Source: a bacterium
Lineage (GTDB): Bacteria > JAJRZV01
Assembly: GCA_024275095.1 (NCBI GenBank)
Contig: JAJRZV010000047.1
Coordinates: forward strand, 159-64,158
Length of the DNA stretch: 64,000 nucleotides
Direction of reading: 5' to 3'
Positions 10,824-20,823 of this stretch are shown here, piece after piece. Positions within the stretch are counted from its first letter, which is position 1, and each line of letters begins with the position of its first letter. Both the position numbers and the translations under genes were made by a program. The notes under the pieces are model-generated. The model was not told where the DNA came from, ran no database searches, and saw nothing but the letters and a program-made list of their open reading frames with translations.

Positions 10824-12422
10824 TCATTTTTTCGCACGCTGGAATACCGTCCGCATGAGCTGTACAAATACAGGTTCCCTGGTCACCGCCAGTACAGCGA
10901 AATATATCAAAGCTCCTGCCACCACTTCCACAGCCAGTAAAGCCACCCCGTACATTCCTCTTCCACCCCATGTATTCAGGAATTCAAGAGTCTCCAGAGC
11001 GAGCATCATTATAACTGCGGCAATTATATAAAGGACAAAACTCTTTGTTACAGAGCGAAAAATTTCGGTAATCTTGATACCTGATCGAGGGGCAACTTTG
11101 ACAAGATACGCAAGTTGAGCGTACGCGGCGATTCCCGTAGCAAGTGCAAGACCTGCATGGGCCATTACCCTCATCAGTAGAATACTTACAATCACATTTA
11201 CCGCAAGAGCAATATATGCACTTTTAAGAGGCGAAGAAGCATCCTTAACAGAATAAAAAGCCTGCACCAGCATCCTCACCATCCCAACTCCAACCATCCC
11301 CAGGGCATACATTTTTACTGCTATCGCCGTCTGATGTGCCTCATAAAGAGTAAAATTTCCTCTCATGAAAAACACTTTTACCAGTGGCTCTCCAAGAGCA
11401 ATGAGGGCCAGCGTTGCAGGTACGGTGAACAAAAGCACCCCTGCTATTCCGTCAGAAAGTCTGCTTATGTATTCTTTATTTTTATTGGCCGAGCTCAGTT
11501 CTGAAAGAACGGGCAGTATAGCAACTGATATGGCGAATACAAAAAGCCCAAGCGGCAGTTCCAGAAACCGGACTCCATAGTATAAATACGCGATGCTCCC
11601 TCTTGGAAGAAACGACGCGATAATGTTGGTAATCAGAATGTTAATTTGATAAGCAGAAACAGCGAGAACAGAAGGGCCAAGAAGACGCGCCACTTCCTTC
11701 ACACCAGGATGAAATATGCACGAAGAAGTCATGGTCAACGGGAAAGGGAACCCGCGTTTTATCGCAGGTGGAATTTGAAGTAACAGCTGTACCACCCCGG
11801 AGCCCGCCACACCCGCAGCAATAAAAAACACAGCTCTGTCTGGACGCAGCGACATCCCAAGCAATGCTCCCGCAATCATAAAGAGGTTGAGAAAAATGGG
11901 AGCAGCGGCAGGCGCAGCAAAGTGACCATGCGAGTTCAGATAGCCCATGAAATATGCAACCAGCCCGATAAAAAACAAATAGGGAAAAGTAATACGTAAC
12001 AGTGTGACCGAGAGCGCGTTTACTTCTCCTTGAAATCCCGGAGCAAAAATGCAAATCAGCCCAGGAGCTATCAAAATTCCCAGGCAGGTCATTACCAGAA
12101 GCACACCGAAAGACGCGGAAAAAGAGCCCCTGAGGAATCTCCGGCGCTCTTCCTCATCTCCTGTTGCGAGGATTCTTTTATATATAGGAACAAAAGAAAC
12201 TGTAAGGCTTCCCTCTCCTACAAACCGTCTGAACACGTTAGGGATCCTGAATGCTACCACAAATGCATCTGCCACAGGACCAGCACCCAGTACATAAGCG
12301 AGGGCCATATCTCTAAGTAGTCCCGATATTCGAGACAGGAGGGTAAAAAATGCAATCACTCCAGCTGAACCGAAAAATGAAGAACCTTCCAACGACTCGT
12401 TTTTCTTGTCTTCAAAACTCAT
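10824..12422 (-). CDS. murJ: Lipid II flippase MurJ (MviN)
   Basis: SRISGLLRD, ADAFVVAFRIPNVFRR..GEG, RFLELPLG; likely start ATG 12422. Confidence 0.95.
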   Translation of the reverse strand: MSFEDKKNESLEGSSFFGSAGVIAFFTLLSRISGLLRDMALAYVLGAGPVADAFVVAFRIPNVFRRFVGEGSLTVSFVPIYKRILATGDEEERRRFLRGSFSASFGVLLVMTCLGILIAPGLICIFAPGFQGEVNALSVTLLRITFPYLFFIGLVAYFMGYLNSHGHFAAPAAAPIFLNLFMIAGALLGMSLRPDRAVFFIAAGVAGSGVVQLLLQIPPAIKRGFPFPLTMTSSCIFHPGVKEVARLLGPSVLAVSAYQINILITNIIASFLPRGSIAYLYYGVRFLELPLGLFVFAISVAILPVLSELSSANKNKEYISRLSDGIAGVLLFTVPATLALIALGEPLVKVFFMRGNFTLYEAHQTAIAVKMYALGMVGVGMVRMLVQAFYSVKDASSPLKSAYIALAVNVIVSILLMRVMAHAGLALATGIAAYAQLAYLVKVAPRSGIKITEIFRSVTKSFVLYIIAAVIMMLALETLEFLNTWGGRGMYGVALLAVEVVAGALIYFAVLAVTREPVFVQLMRTVFQRAKK

Positions 12423-12569
12423 GGCCCAGTCTTTTTTATCTGAATACAAGCTCCAGCAGGACATAAAATTTCATTAAAACTTACCACAATCTTATTGGGA
12501 ACTCACTTATATATTTACATTTCTCTATCAGGTTGAGAATTTTTAAAGCTCCATGGTATAAACCATTCT

Positions 12570-12962
12570 ATGGAAAAATACATCAGAGTAACACCTCAGG
12601 AAGGCTTCAGGCTGGAAATCACCAACGGTAAACACGTGATTATTTCTGACCAGCCCTCGGGGAGAGGTTCAGATAAAGGCATGCAACCAGTGGAGCTGTT
12701 TGTTGCCTCTCTCGCCGCATGTATTGCTGTATATGCAATACCGTTTTTAAAACGGCGCGGCGTGGATGAAAAAAACTTAGAGGTGGAGGCCTCCTATGAA
12801 TACGGAGATCATCCTCCCCGCATAAAAAAAATTTTTGTACGGATAAAAGCACCCTATCGTCTGGAAGACAAGGAAAAAAAAGCACTTCAACGGGTGGTCA
12901 ACCATTGTACTGTTCATAATTCCATCGTACATACTCCTGACATTGCCATTCACATTGAATAA
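12570..12962 (+). CDS. OsmC family protein
   Basis: SDQP..GSDKGMQPVELFVASLAAC and CTVHNS two-Cys pattern. Confidence 0.88.
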   Translation: MEKYIRVTPQEGFRLEITNGKHVIISDQPSGRGSDKGMQPVELFVASLAACIAVYAIPFLKRRGVDEKNLEVEASYEYGDHPPRIKKIFVRIKAPYRLEDKEKKALQRVVNHCTVHNSIVHTPDIAIHIE

Positions 12963-13302
12963 CTGGAGTCTAAAACACCCTGCCCGGACAAGCGAGAGAG
13001 TTTAATACGTCATTACTTTACATGAATAATAAACTAATTCCCTCCAACAAATAACACTTTCTTAAAAGTTCACGTTTATTTAAATTCGAAGAGAGTCGTA
13101 TTGCTCTCCAAATTGACATAAGCCCACTACTCTTCCTTTTTTACTCTTCTTAAAGAACGCATCCTTTTTGTAACAATGTAATTGTTTATATTGTCTGATA
13201 TTCGTCAATGTGCAAAGGAGATGTGTTACTTCCAAAAAATTTTCTTGACAGGTGACGTTGGTTAATATACATATATAGTAAAATACGTTTAAGGAGGGCA
13301 CC

Positions 13303-13650
13303 ATGGCCACCAAAGGCAAGAGCTCAAAGAAATCTGCGGCGGCAAAGAAAACCTCCGCCAAAAAAGCGAGCGGATCAAAATCCACAACAAAGGCAAAAAA
13401 AACGGCGGCCAAAAAAACAACAGCGAAGAAGAAAACCGCGGCTAAGAAATCAACAGCAAAGAAAACAGCCACAAAGAAAAAAGCAACGAAAAAAGCCACA
13501 GCGAAGAAAAAAACGACAGCAAGTGCCAAAAAGAAAACAGCGGCCAAAAAAACAGGAGCCAAAAAGGTAAGAAGTAAATCCCCTCCTCTCATACTCCACC
13601 CCGGAGGGTACACCCACCTCCTCTCCTCCGGGGTGGCCAACAGGAGGTGA
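13303..13650 (+). CDS. Histone H1-like K/A/T-rich DNA-binding protein (C-terminus probably frameshifted)
   Basis: AAGGAGG SD; repeated AKKT/KKTA units; very basic. Confidence 0.8.
   Translation: MATKGKSSKKSAAAKKTSAKKASGSKSTTKAKKTAAKKTTAKKKTAAKKSTAKKTATKKKATKKATAKKKTTASAKKKTAAKKTGAKKVRSKSPPLILHPGGYTHLLSSGVANRR
13596..13636 (+). terminator. 12-bp perfect hairpin after the histone-like gene (terminator or stabiliser-like)
   Basis: CCACCCCGGAGG 13596-13607 pairs with CCTCCGGGGTGG 13625-13636; no clear U-tract. Confidence 0.5.
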
Positions 13651-13830
13651 AAGAGTATTACTATTTTACAGGGAAAGGTGTACAAGCTTCAAGTCATCTT
13701 TTATTAATATATTTTTACCGAAAAGTTCATTAAGTGTGAGGGCAGGTGGAGTTTCAGGATCGCTCGAAGCATTGAAAACAGTGAAAAATGAAGCATACCA
13801 ATTATTGCTCAACTCCATTCCCGACACCAT

Positions 13831-13942
13831 GAGATCGCCTTGCCTTCGGCTCGCAATGAAAGCTCCGACACACTCACTGCAAGGAGTCCTGCCTTCGGCA
13901 GACGAAGCAGTCCCAGAGATTGCTTCGCTTTCGCTCGCAACG
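13831..13942. repeat. REP-like palindromic cluster, three units in alternating orientation
   Basis: gagatcgcc..ctcgcaatga, tcactgcaagg..cgaagcagtccc, gagattgcttcgctttcgctcgcaacg. Confidence 0.6.
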
Positions 13943-14019
13943 CGTGGGATGAGCAAAGCAAGCCCCATCCCACATACCCCACCGCCCGTAAAGCCTGAGC
14001 ATCGAACCCCGAATGTCCA

Positions 14020-14469
14020 ATGTTGAGACCAGACCCCGAAATTCCGCCTGGCTGGTTGTTCGTTTATGGCACATTGAAAAAAGGTGAAGTTGCACACCAT
14101 CTTATAGAAAGGTTCATTGCCCGTATTGTTCCCGCCACTGTCAGAGGTACACTTTACCATCTCCCCTACGGTTATCCAGTCATAGTGCCTGAAAATCGTG
14201 GTATTGTACACGGCGAGCTCTTTTTCATACCCAATCTTTCACAAATCATTGAACTTCTGGATGATTACGAGGATTACAATTCAGAAAATTCTGCAGAAAG
14301 CCTTTTCATTCGGGTCATGGTTGAAGCAAAAGGAAGTGACGGACGTTACTATTACGCTTGGACATATGCAGCCGGAGAAAAGCTGAAGAAGGTTCTGCAA
14401 AAAAGAGCTATCCCTGTAACCGGGGGTGTATGGACATCCCAAAGATTTGCACCTGCAACGAAATTCTAA
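14020..14469 (+). CDS. Gamma-glutamylcyclotransferase (AIG2-like) family protein
   Basis: LFVYGTLKKG, GYP, VHGEL, LDDYE motifs. Confidence 0.88.
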   Translation: MLRPDPEIPPGWLFVYGTLKKGEVAHHLIERFIARIVPATVRGTLYHLPYGYPVIVPENRGIVHGELFFIPNLSQIIELLDDYEDYNSENSAESLFIRVMVEAKGSDGRYYYAWTYAAGEKLKKVLQKRAIPVTGGVWTSQRFAPATKF

Positions 14470-15855
14470 TCACTGCCGATTAACCGCAGGAGGATACTTG
14501 ATAAAAGCAATGGAAGCGTCTTTGCCATGCTGTTCAAAGGCTTTCTCAAGCGCTTCTTCCACACTTTCAGCAGGCACAAAACCTATGTGGCGGGCCAGTT
14601 CAGGTTTTTCAATCCCTGCCACGTAAACAGTAGATGCGTGCCTCAGGCGTTTGAGCGGATGCAAAGCCATTAAACCGTGAAGGGGATGAAAACCATACCT
14701 GAACCTGTATTTTTCTATGTAATCCTCTCTCGTAGCAAATTCATCTTCAAACTGCTTCATGATCTGATACGGGTCACGCGTGACTGGTACCACTGTCTCC
14801 CATATCTCCCGATAAGAAGGATGATGCACTTCGTCCCACCTTTCCGGGCAGGGTGTAACGAGAATAACAGAGCAGCCGGGTTTTCCCAGAGCCTCGATGT
14901 ATCCGCCCAGATATCCAAGTCCTGTAGATGAAAGAGTCAAAATGGGGTTTGTAAAGGAAAAAACAGCGTATGGACTCCAATCAGGTACTCCGTATATGAC
15001 AATGTCGACCTTTTCAGAGAGCATTTTTCGTCGTGCAACCTGGTGCTTCCTCATGAGCTCCAACACCCTTGCACGGGTTCCGTTTATACTCCCTCCCCAC
15101 ATACGGGCGACCTGAATGGGACTGGCCAGCACTGTCTCTATTTTGAAAAACTTCTTATCGCCGACCTTTTCCTCAACAAGTTGTCCCATTTCGTCAAGAA
15201 TTTCATGCATACGGTTCTTTTCTATAGACATACTCATGATGTCCGGGGTGTGGTGCCACCGGATAGAACGCCAGGTACTTAAACCCACACAGATAGACTT
15301 CCAGCCGCCGTTAAATCCCATGGTACACGCGGCATTGAGGTACACGGTCAAGTCTGACTCCACCGTCAGTCTGTTGAGTTCGACATCGTACCCGTTCTTT
15401 GTTTTGCCGAGATAAACAAGATTATCCTTATCTTCAGCATCATGACACAGAAGACGGTGCCCAAAACGTTTCACCAGTTCCTTACCCATAATCTTTGCAA
15501 GTTCCTCATGCCTGAATTTCCGGTGAAGTGCATTGGCACAAAGAAGTGTCATTCGCTCTTCTTTCACACCTGCATCCATCAGTTCAGAAATAATGGTCGT
15601 AAGTCCCACGTACCATACAGGAGCAAAACACATAACCGTGGGATCATCAAAAGCAATGGTTACTTTTGAACGGGAGTTTACCAGTTCTTTGAGTGGCGGC
15701 ATATCCACAGGATTTTTTAAAGCGGAAAGAACCAGCGCCTGCAGGTCTTCTGCCGGCTCAAGCGGAAGCAAAACCCCTCCAGGAGATACCACATGAGTAC
15801 GATCCGGGAGTGTGGCCTCAACAACCCTCTCACCATAGACAACTTCTACCCGCAT
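14470..15855 (-). CDS. Lactate racemase (LarA/DUF2088) domain protein
   Basis: ALKNPVDMPPL, VTIAFDDPT, ANALHRK, CHDAED, GFNGGWKS. Confidence 0.82.
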   Translation of the reverse strand: MRVEVVYGERVVEATLPDRTHVVSPGGVLLPLEPAEDLQALVLSALKNPVDMPPLKELVNSRSKVTIAFDDPTVMCFAPVWYVGLTTIISELMDAGVKEERMTLLCANALHRKFRHEELAKIMGKELVKRFGHRLLCHDAEDKDNLVYLGKTKNGYDVELNRLTVESDLTVYLNAACTMGFNGGWKSICVGLSTWRSIRWHHTPDIMSMSIEKNRMHEILDEMGQLVEEKVGDKKFFKIETVLASPIQVARMWGGSINGTRARVLELMRKHQVARRKMLSEKVDIVIYGVPDWSPYAVFSFTNPILTLSSTGLGYLGGYIEALGKPGCSVILVTPCPERWDEVHHPSYREIWETVVPVTRDPYQIMKQFEDEFATREDYIEKYRFRYGFHPLHGLMALHPLKRLRHASTVYVAGIEKPELARHIGFVPAESVEEALEKAFEQHGKDASIAFIKYPPAVNRQ

Positions 15856-15954
15856 ATTGACATTCTACTCAACAAAGCTCATTCACAAAATGGTTTTGGA
15901 TGCAGAATTTTGATTGCACAGCAAGGGACAAAATAAAATAATGAGTGCACCTAT

Positions 15955-16596
15955 GTGAATAGAGCAAAAATGAGCTTTTTATTTTTTCTTTTGCAAGCAG
16001 TGGTAATTTCACTTTCAGGCATAATGATGCCAGGCCCGATAACAGCTGCGAGTATAGGTGAAGGTACTCGAAGGTCATGGGCAGGTGTTGCCATCTCAAT
16101 AGGTCACGGTCTCGTAGAATTTCCACTTATCGGTGCCCTGTATGCCGGGGTTATTGTTTTTGCGGATATAACTTCTCAACTAAAAAGCTATATATTCATC
16201 ATTGGTGCTTTCGTTCTCATTCTAATGGGGGCGGATTTCCTGCGTCGGGCACGAAATACGACCCAGCGAGAAAGATATTTCCCTCAAACCTCTCTTCTCC
16301 TCGCGGGAGCAGGACTTACAGCTGCAAATCCATACTTTCTTATCTGGTGGCTTACCATAGGGGCGGCACTTATAACAGAAGCAGGGAAATTCGGAACAGC
16401 AGGCCTGCTAACCTTCGTTATCGTACACTGGCTGTGTGATGTTTCATGGTACTGGTTTCTCTCCGGCCTTGCATTCAGGGGTGTGAATTTCTTTGGAACA
16501 ACCTTTCAAAAATGGCTCTTCATTTTTACAGGAATTGTACTTCTCGGTCTTGGCGGAATATTCGGAGTCTCGGGCGTCTCTGCTCTCGTCAAGTAA
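15955..16596 (+). CDS. LysE family translocator
   Basis: SLSGIMMPGP, GHGLVE, NPYFLIWW, HWLCD; about 6 TM. Confidence 0.88.
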   Translation: MNRAKMSFLFFLLQAVVISLSGIMMPGPITAASIGEGTRRSWAGVAISIGHGLVEFPLIGALYAGVIVFADITSQLKSYIFIIGAFVLILMGADFLRRARNTTQRERYFPQTSLLLAGAGLTAANPYFLIWWLTIGAALITEAGKFGTAGLLTFVIVHWLCDVSWYWFLSGLAFRGVNFFGTTFQKWLFIFTGIVLLGLGGIFGVSGVSALVK

Positions 16597-16634
16597 TACC
16601 GGACCAACCGGTACACAAACCACACAAAATTTTC

Positions 16635-16684
16635 TTGACAGAGCGCGTTGCTACCAATATCTTACCTGACTGACTGGTCAATCA
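16635..16684 (+). promoter_or_regulatory. Sigma-70 promoter plus TetR/FadR-type operator
   Basis: TTGACA 16635-16640, 17 nt, TATCTT 16658-16663; imperfect palindrome TGACTGACTGGTCAATCA 16667-16684 over the predicted +1. Confidence 0.75.
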
Positions 16685-16685
16685 A

Positions 16686-17291
16686 ATGAAGGTAGTTCAA
16701 ACGAAAGAGCGAATTCTCGATGCGGCTGTGAAGGTGTTCGCGCGGCAGGGTTTTCACCGCTCCCGTGTAGCCGATGTCGCCCGCGAAGCCAATGTTGCAT
16801 ATGGGCTTGTATATCACTACTTTAAGAGCAAAGAGGAACTTCTTGAGCATATCTTTCAAACCAAATGGTCACTTTTTTTAGCCGCACTCCAGAACATTCG
16901 AGACGACAGTGGCTCTACTCGTGAAAAACTCCACAAAGTTCTGTGTTTTCTCTTTGAAACATACCGTCAATTTCCCGAACTCATTCAGCTCATAATCCTC
17001 GAAATCACACGCGACTCGCGATTTATGAAGCAAGAACATCTTGCTCAGTTCAAGCGGGCCTTTGAAATTATCAGGGAAATTCTTGAAGACGGAAAAAAAC
17101 GCGGGGAGGTTGACGAAAAAGCTGATCTCAACCTTTCAGCTTTTGTATTCGGAGGGAGCATCGAGGTGCTTCTGACCACCTTTGTGCTCGGAATTTTTCC
17201 ATGGGGTGAAGGCATTGAAGACAATATGCCCCGCTTAATTGTGGATATGTTCATGGATGGTATTGGTCCCAAAAATCGTCAAGGAGGGTGA
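16686..17291 (+). CDS. TetR/AcrR family regulator (FadR/YsiA-like)
   Basis: ILDAAVKVFARQGF..VADVAREANVAYGLVYHYFKSKEEL HTH; heads the acyl-CoA operon. Confidence 0.93.
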   Translation: MKVVQTKERILDAAVKVFARQGFHRSRVADVAREANVAYGLVYHYFKSKEELLEHIFQTKWSLFLAALQNIRDDSGSTREKLHKVLCFLFETYRQFPELIQLIILEITRDSRFMKQEHLAQFKRAFEIIREILEDGKKRGEVDEKADLNLSAFVFGGSIEVLLTTFVLGIFPWGEGIEDNMPRLIVDMFMDGIGPKNRQGG

Positions 17292-18469
17292 AAATGGAAT
17301 TTGAACTTACTGAAGAGCAAAAAATGCTTCGTGAAACCATTTACCAGTTCTCCAAGAATGAAATTTATCCCAACTCCAAGAACGTAGAATACGACACCAA
17401 AGGAGAATTCATCTGGGACAACTGGAAAAAAATGGCAAAGATGGGATTACTCGGTTTCCCTTTTCCACAGGAATACGGTGGTCAGGGCGCGTCAGTCATG
17501 GATACCGTAATCGCCAAGGAAGCATTCGCTATGGGCGGTGCAGATGCAGGAACCTGTCTCTCATGGGGTGCTCATACCATTCTCTGCGGTGTGCCCATCT
17601 GGCAGCTTGGCACCAAAGAACAGAAGGAAAAATACCTCACCAAAATAGCCACGGGGGAATGGATCGGTGGGTTCGCCCTTACCGAGCCCGGTGCAGGTTC
17701 CGACGCTGCCTCTATCCGAACTCGCGCAGAAAAAAAAGGAGACCGCTGGATTCTCAATGGCAGCAAAATGTTCATCACAAACGGTCCCATCGGCGATGTA
17801 TTCGTCGTGATCGCCGTGACGGATAAAAACAAAAAAGCCTTTGGTATCAGCGCGTTTATCGTTGAGAAGAACTTCAAGGGATTTGGTGTAGCACGCGAGC
17901 TTGACAAGCTCGGCAACCGAACCTCTCCCACAGCGGAACTGTATTTTGAAGACTGCGAGGTGCCCGAGGAAAACCTGCTCGGTCCCCTGGATCTCGGGTT
18001 CGTAGAAGTCGCAAAACTCATACTTGAATGGGAGCGTTCGTGCCTGCTGGCTCCTGCTGTAGGTGCCATGCAGCTCGGGTTGAAAAGGGCCGTGGATTAC
18101 GCGAAGGAGCGCGTGCAGTTCGGCAGGCCCATCATTCAGTTCCAGGCGATCAAGCACAAACTCGCTGATATGTACGTCGCCATAGAGGCATGTCGCCAGC
18201 TTATCTACCGGGTCGCATGGATGAAAGACCAGGGAATGAGTGCTTATCTCGAAGCCTCCATCGCCAAGTATTTTGTTTCAGAAATGGTGGTCAAGATGGC
18301 TTATGAGGAAGTTCAGATACTCGGTGGATACGGGTACATCAAGGAGTACCTCGTGGAAAGGGGCTACAGGGACGCCAGGCTTTCCACCATCGGCGGCGGC
18401 ACGTCGGAAGTGCAGAAAAGCATTATCGCTCGTGCGGTTCTGGGCCTGTCAGGCCGTGAGATTACATAA
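17288..18469 (+). CDS. Acyl-CoA dehydrogenase
   Basis: FALTEPGAGSDA, NGSKMFITNG, RVQFGRPI, GGYGY, IGGGTSEVQ; start is GTG 17288 or ATG 17294. Confidence 0.96.
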   Translation: MKMEFELTEEQKMLRETIYQFSKNEIYPNSKNVEYDTKGEFIWDNWKKMAKMGLLGFPFPQEYGGQGASVMDTVIAKEAFAMGGADAGTCLSWGAHTILCGVPIWQLGTKEQKEKYLTKIATGEWIGGFALTEPGAGSDAASIRTRAEKKGDRWILNGSKMFITNGPIGDVFVVIAVTDKNKKAFGISAFIVEKNFKGFGVARELDKLGNRTSPTAELYFEDCEVPEENLLGPLDLGFVEVAKLILEWERSCLLAPAVGAMQLGLKRAVDYAKERVQFGRPIIQFQAIKHKLADMYVAIEACRQLIYRVAWMKDQGMSAYLEASIAKYFVSEMVVKMAYEEVQILGGYGYIKEYLVERGYRDARLSTIGGGTSEVQKSIIARAVLGLSGREIT

Positions 18470-18484
18470 GTATGGGAGGGTGCC

Positions 18485-19642
18485 ATGAACTTTGCGTTTA
18501 CCGATGAAGAGCGTCAAATCATAGAAGCCTTTGCGGACCTGTGCAAAAAGGAAGTTGAACCCCGGGCAGCTGAGGTTGACCGGGAAATGAAATTTTCCTG
18601 GGAAAACCTGAAAGCTCTTGCTGAATTCGGATATCTCGGTGCCACATGGGATGAAAAGTACGGTGGCAAGGGCATTTCTCTACCGGTATTTCAGGCCATG
18701 AACATCGAGCTGGCCAAGGCGTGTGCTTCGACATATCTCTCTGTATCAGCGAACCTATCACTCTTCGGACACACCATTTACAAATACGGCAGCGACGAAC
18801 AGAAAGAAAAACTCCTGCCAGCTATGACCAGGGGAGAATTTGTGGGGGCTCTGTGTTCTACTGAACCTTCGGCCGGCTCAGATGTTCCGGCCATCAAAAC
18901 AAAGGCAGAAAAGAAGAATGGAAAATACATTATCAACGGGACAAAAACCTTCGTTACAAACGGACCCATAGCCGAATGGTTTGTCGTACTTGCAAAGACG
19001 GAACCGGAAAAAGGACGTGACGGCATGACCATGTTCCTCATTCACAAGGACACACCGGGATTCTCCGTCGGCAAACCATTTCACAAACTGGGAGTGAGGG
19101 GATCACCTACCAGTGAGGTTTACCTGGACGATGTCGAGGTTGATGAAAGTGCAGTTATCGGTGAGGTTAACAAAGGGTACTGGCAGTTGATGAACGTGTT
19201 CACATTTGGCCGGATTGGCATTGCCTCTTTTTCAACAGGTATCGCGGAAGCATGCCTGGAAGAGTGTATAAAATATTCAACCGAAAGAGAGGCGTTTGGC
19301 AAAAGAATTGCCGCTTACGAAGAAGTAAACTTCAAAATTGCGGATATGAAAGTTTACACGGACGTGGCCAGGCAGCTCATTTACCGTGCAGCGTGGGCTT
19401 ACGAAAACGACAAACCAGACGCAAAGGCTCTTGCCTCTGCCGCAAAGCTGTTTGCCTCAGAAATGGCCACAAAAATTGCATCTGATGCCGTACAGATACA
19501 CGGAGGTTATGGATACATCAGTGAATTTCGCGTGGAACGGCTTTACAGAGATGCAAAGCTGGGAGAAATTGGTGAAGGTACATCGGAAATTCAGCGTCTT
19601 CTTCTGGCGAGATACGTGGAAAAAGTTTATGGGGAGGGGTGA
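18485..19642 (+). CDS. Acyl-CoA dehydrogenase
   Basis: TEPSAGSD, NGTKTFVTNG, QIHGGYGY, IGEGTSEIQ. Confidence 0.96.
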   Translation: MNFAFTDEERQIIEAFADLCKKEVEPRAAEVDREMKFSWENLKALAEFGYLGATWDEKYGGKGISLPVFQAMNIELAKACASTYLSVSANLSLFGHTIYKYGSDEQKEKLLPAMTRGEFVGALCSTEPSAGSDVPAIKTKAEKKNGKYIINGTKTFVTNGPIAEWFVVLAKTEPEKGRDGMTMFLIHKDTPGFSVGKPFHKLGVRGSPTSEVYLDDVEVDESAVIGEVNKGYWQLMNVFTFGRIGIASFSTGIAEACLEECIKYSTEREAFGKRIAAYEEVNFKIADMKVYTDVARQLIYRAAWAYENDKPDAKALASAAKLFASEMATKIASDAVQIHGGYGYISEFRVERLYRDAKLGEIGEGTSEIQRLLLARYVEKVYGEG

Positions 19643-20796
19643 TCATGAAGAAAATCGCCATAGTTGGGTACGCAACATCTCCTTTCAAACCAGGGATACG
19701 TGACATACACCTGGGAGAACTTGTCTTCAACACAGTGCAGGAAGCGCTGAAAAACACAGGTATGAGTATAGAAGATATTGAAACTGTGGTGGATGCTTCA
19801 TGCGATATTATTGACGGACGCAGTATCAGTAATACCTTCATGATCGAACCAATGGGAGCGTTCCTCAAGGAAGAAGCCAAGGTTGAAGAAGACGGGGCAT
19901 ATGCAACCATATACGCCTACATGAGACTGCTCACCGGAAAATTCAAAACCGCCATGGTTGTCTCCCACGGCAAAATCTCTGAATCTTCACCTGATACGTA
20001 TTCAGGTACTATTGCTGATCCGTTTTTCATGCGGCCGATGGGTATTACCGCTCTCACGTCAACCGCTCTTCACGTCTCAACCTACTACGGCCACTACGGC
20101 ATTGATGAAAAATACGCGGCGATGGTTGCTGTCAAAAACCTGGGCAATGCGAAGCTCAACCCTCGGGCCCACAACAAAGGTGACTATACTGTAGAGGATG
20201 TGTTGAACTCGGAGGTTCTCGCTACTCCCATTAAAAAGCTGGACTCTCCTCCAGTTACCGATGGAGCTGCCGTGATTATTCTTGCCGTAGAAGGAGAAGC
20301 AGAGAAAATTACTGACACGCCTGTATGGATAAGGGGTGTGGGATTTATCAACGATGGCTTTTATCTTGGCCATCGCGACCTGATAGAACTACCGTCTCTG
20401 AGAGAAGCCGCCAGGCGGGCATATGCCGCCGCGGGCATCAAAAATCCTGCCGAAGAAATTGATATCGCTGAGGTGTACGAGTCTTACTCGTTCAACGAGC
20501 TCATGCTTTACGACGGCCTGGGATTCTGCGAAAAAGGTGAAGGATGGAAACTTATCGAAGAAGGCACCACTTGCCGGGATGGTAAACTTCCTGTCAATGT
20601 TTCAGGCGGTGCACTTGGAGCCAACCCGTTAATGGCCCGTGGACTTGTAAACATGATTGAAGTGGCGACTCAGCTTACAGGAAAAGCCGGGGAACACCAG
20701 GTAAAAAAAGATCTGAAAACGGGACTTGTGCACTCCACCAGCGGTTTCTGCTTTCAATCCAATGTTGTATGGATACTCTCCAACGAGAAAGGTTGA
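19639..20796 (+). CDS. Thiolase-fold (SCP-x type) protein, Ltp4-like
   Basis: EAKVEEDGAYA..YMRLLTG, PVTDGAA, VNVSGGALGANP, HSTSG..QSNVV; no canonical thiolase catalytic Cys motif; start may be ATG 19645. Confidence 0.88.
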   Translation: MIMKKIAIVGYATSPFKPGIRDIHLGELVFNTVQEALKNTGMSIEDIETVVDASCDIIDGRSISNTFMIEPMGAFLKEEAKVEEDGAYATIYAYMRLLTGKFKTAMVVSHGKISESSPDTYSGTIADPFFMRPMGITALTSTALHVSTYYGHYGIDEKYAAMVAVKNLGNAKLNPRAHNKGDYTVEDVLNSEVLATPIKKLDSPPVTDGAAVIILAVEGEAEKITDTPVWIRGVGFINDGFYLGHRDLIELPSLREAARRAYAAAGIKNPAEEIDIAEVYESYSFNELMLYDGLGFCEKGEGWKLIEEGTTCRDGKLPVNVSGGALGANPLMARGLVNMIEVATQLTGKAGEHQVKKDLKTGLVHSTSGFCFQSNVVWILSNEKG

Positions 20797-20823
20797 GGTG
20801 AAAGACAGGATAAAATGTTTGCA

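Noticed and set aside
13080-13685. 201-aa F/A/V-rich minus-strand ORF resembling a membrane protein
   Set aside because: Antisense shadow of the lysine-rich histone-like gene
13963-13987. Minus-strand G4-like motif GGGCGGTGGGGTATGTGGGATGGGG
   Set aside because: Single copy with longer loops on the non-coding strand, and partly explained by the hairpin GTGGGATG/CATCCCAC
13666-14211. ORFs of 181, 96 and 73 aa across the intergenic region
   Set aside because: They run through REP-like repeats or overlap the GGCT gene, with no SD or recognisable motifs
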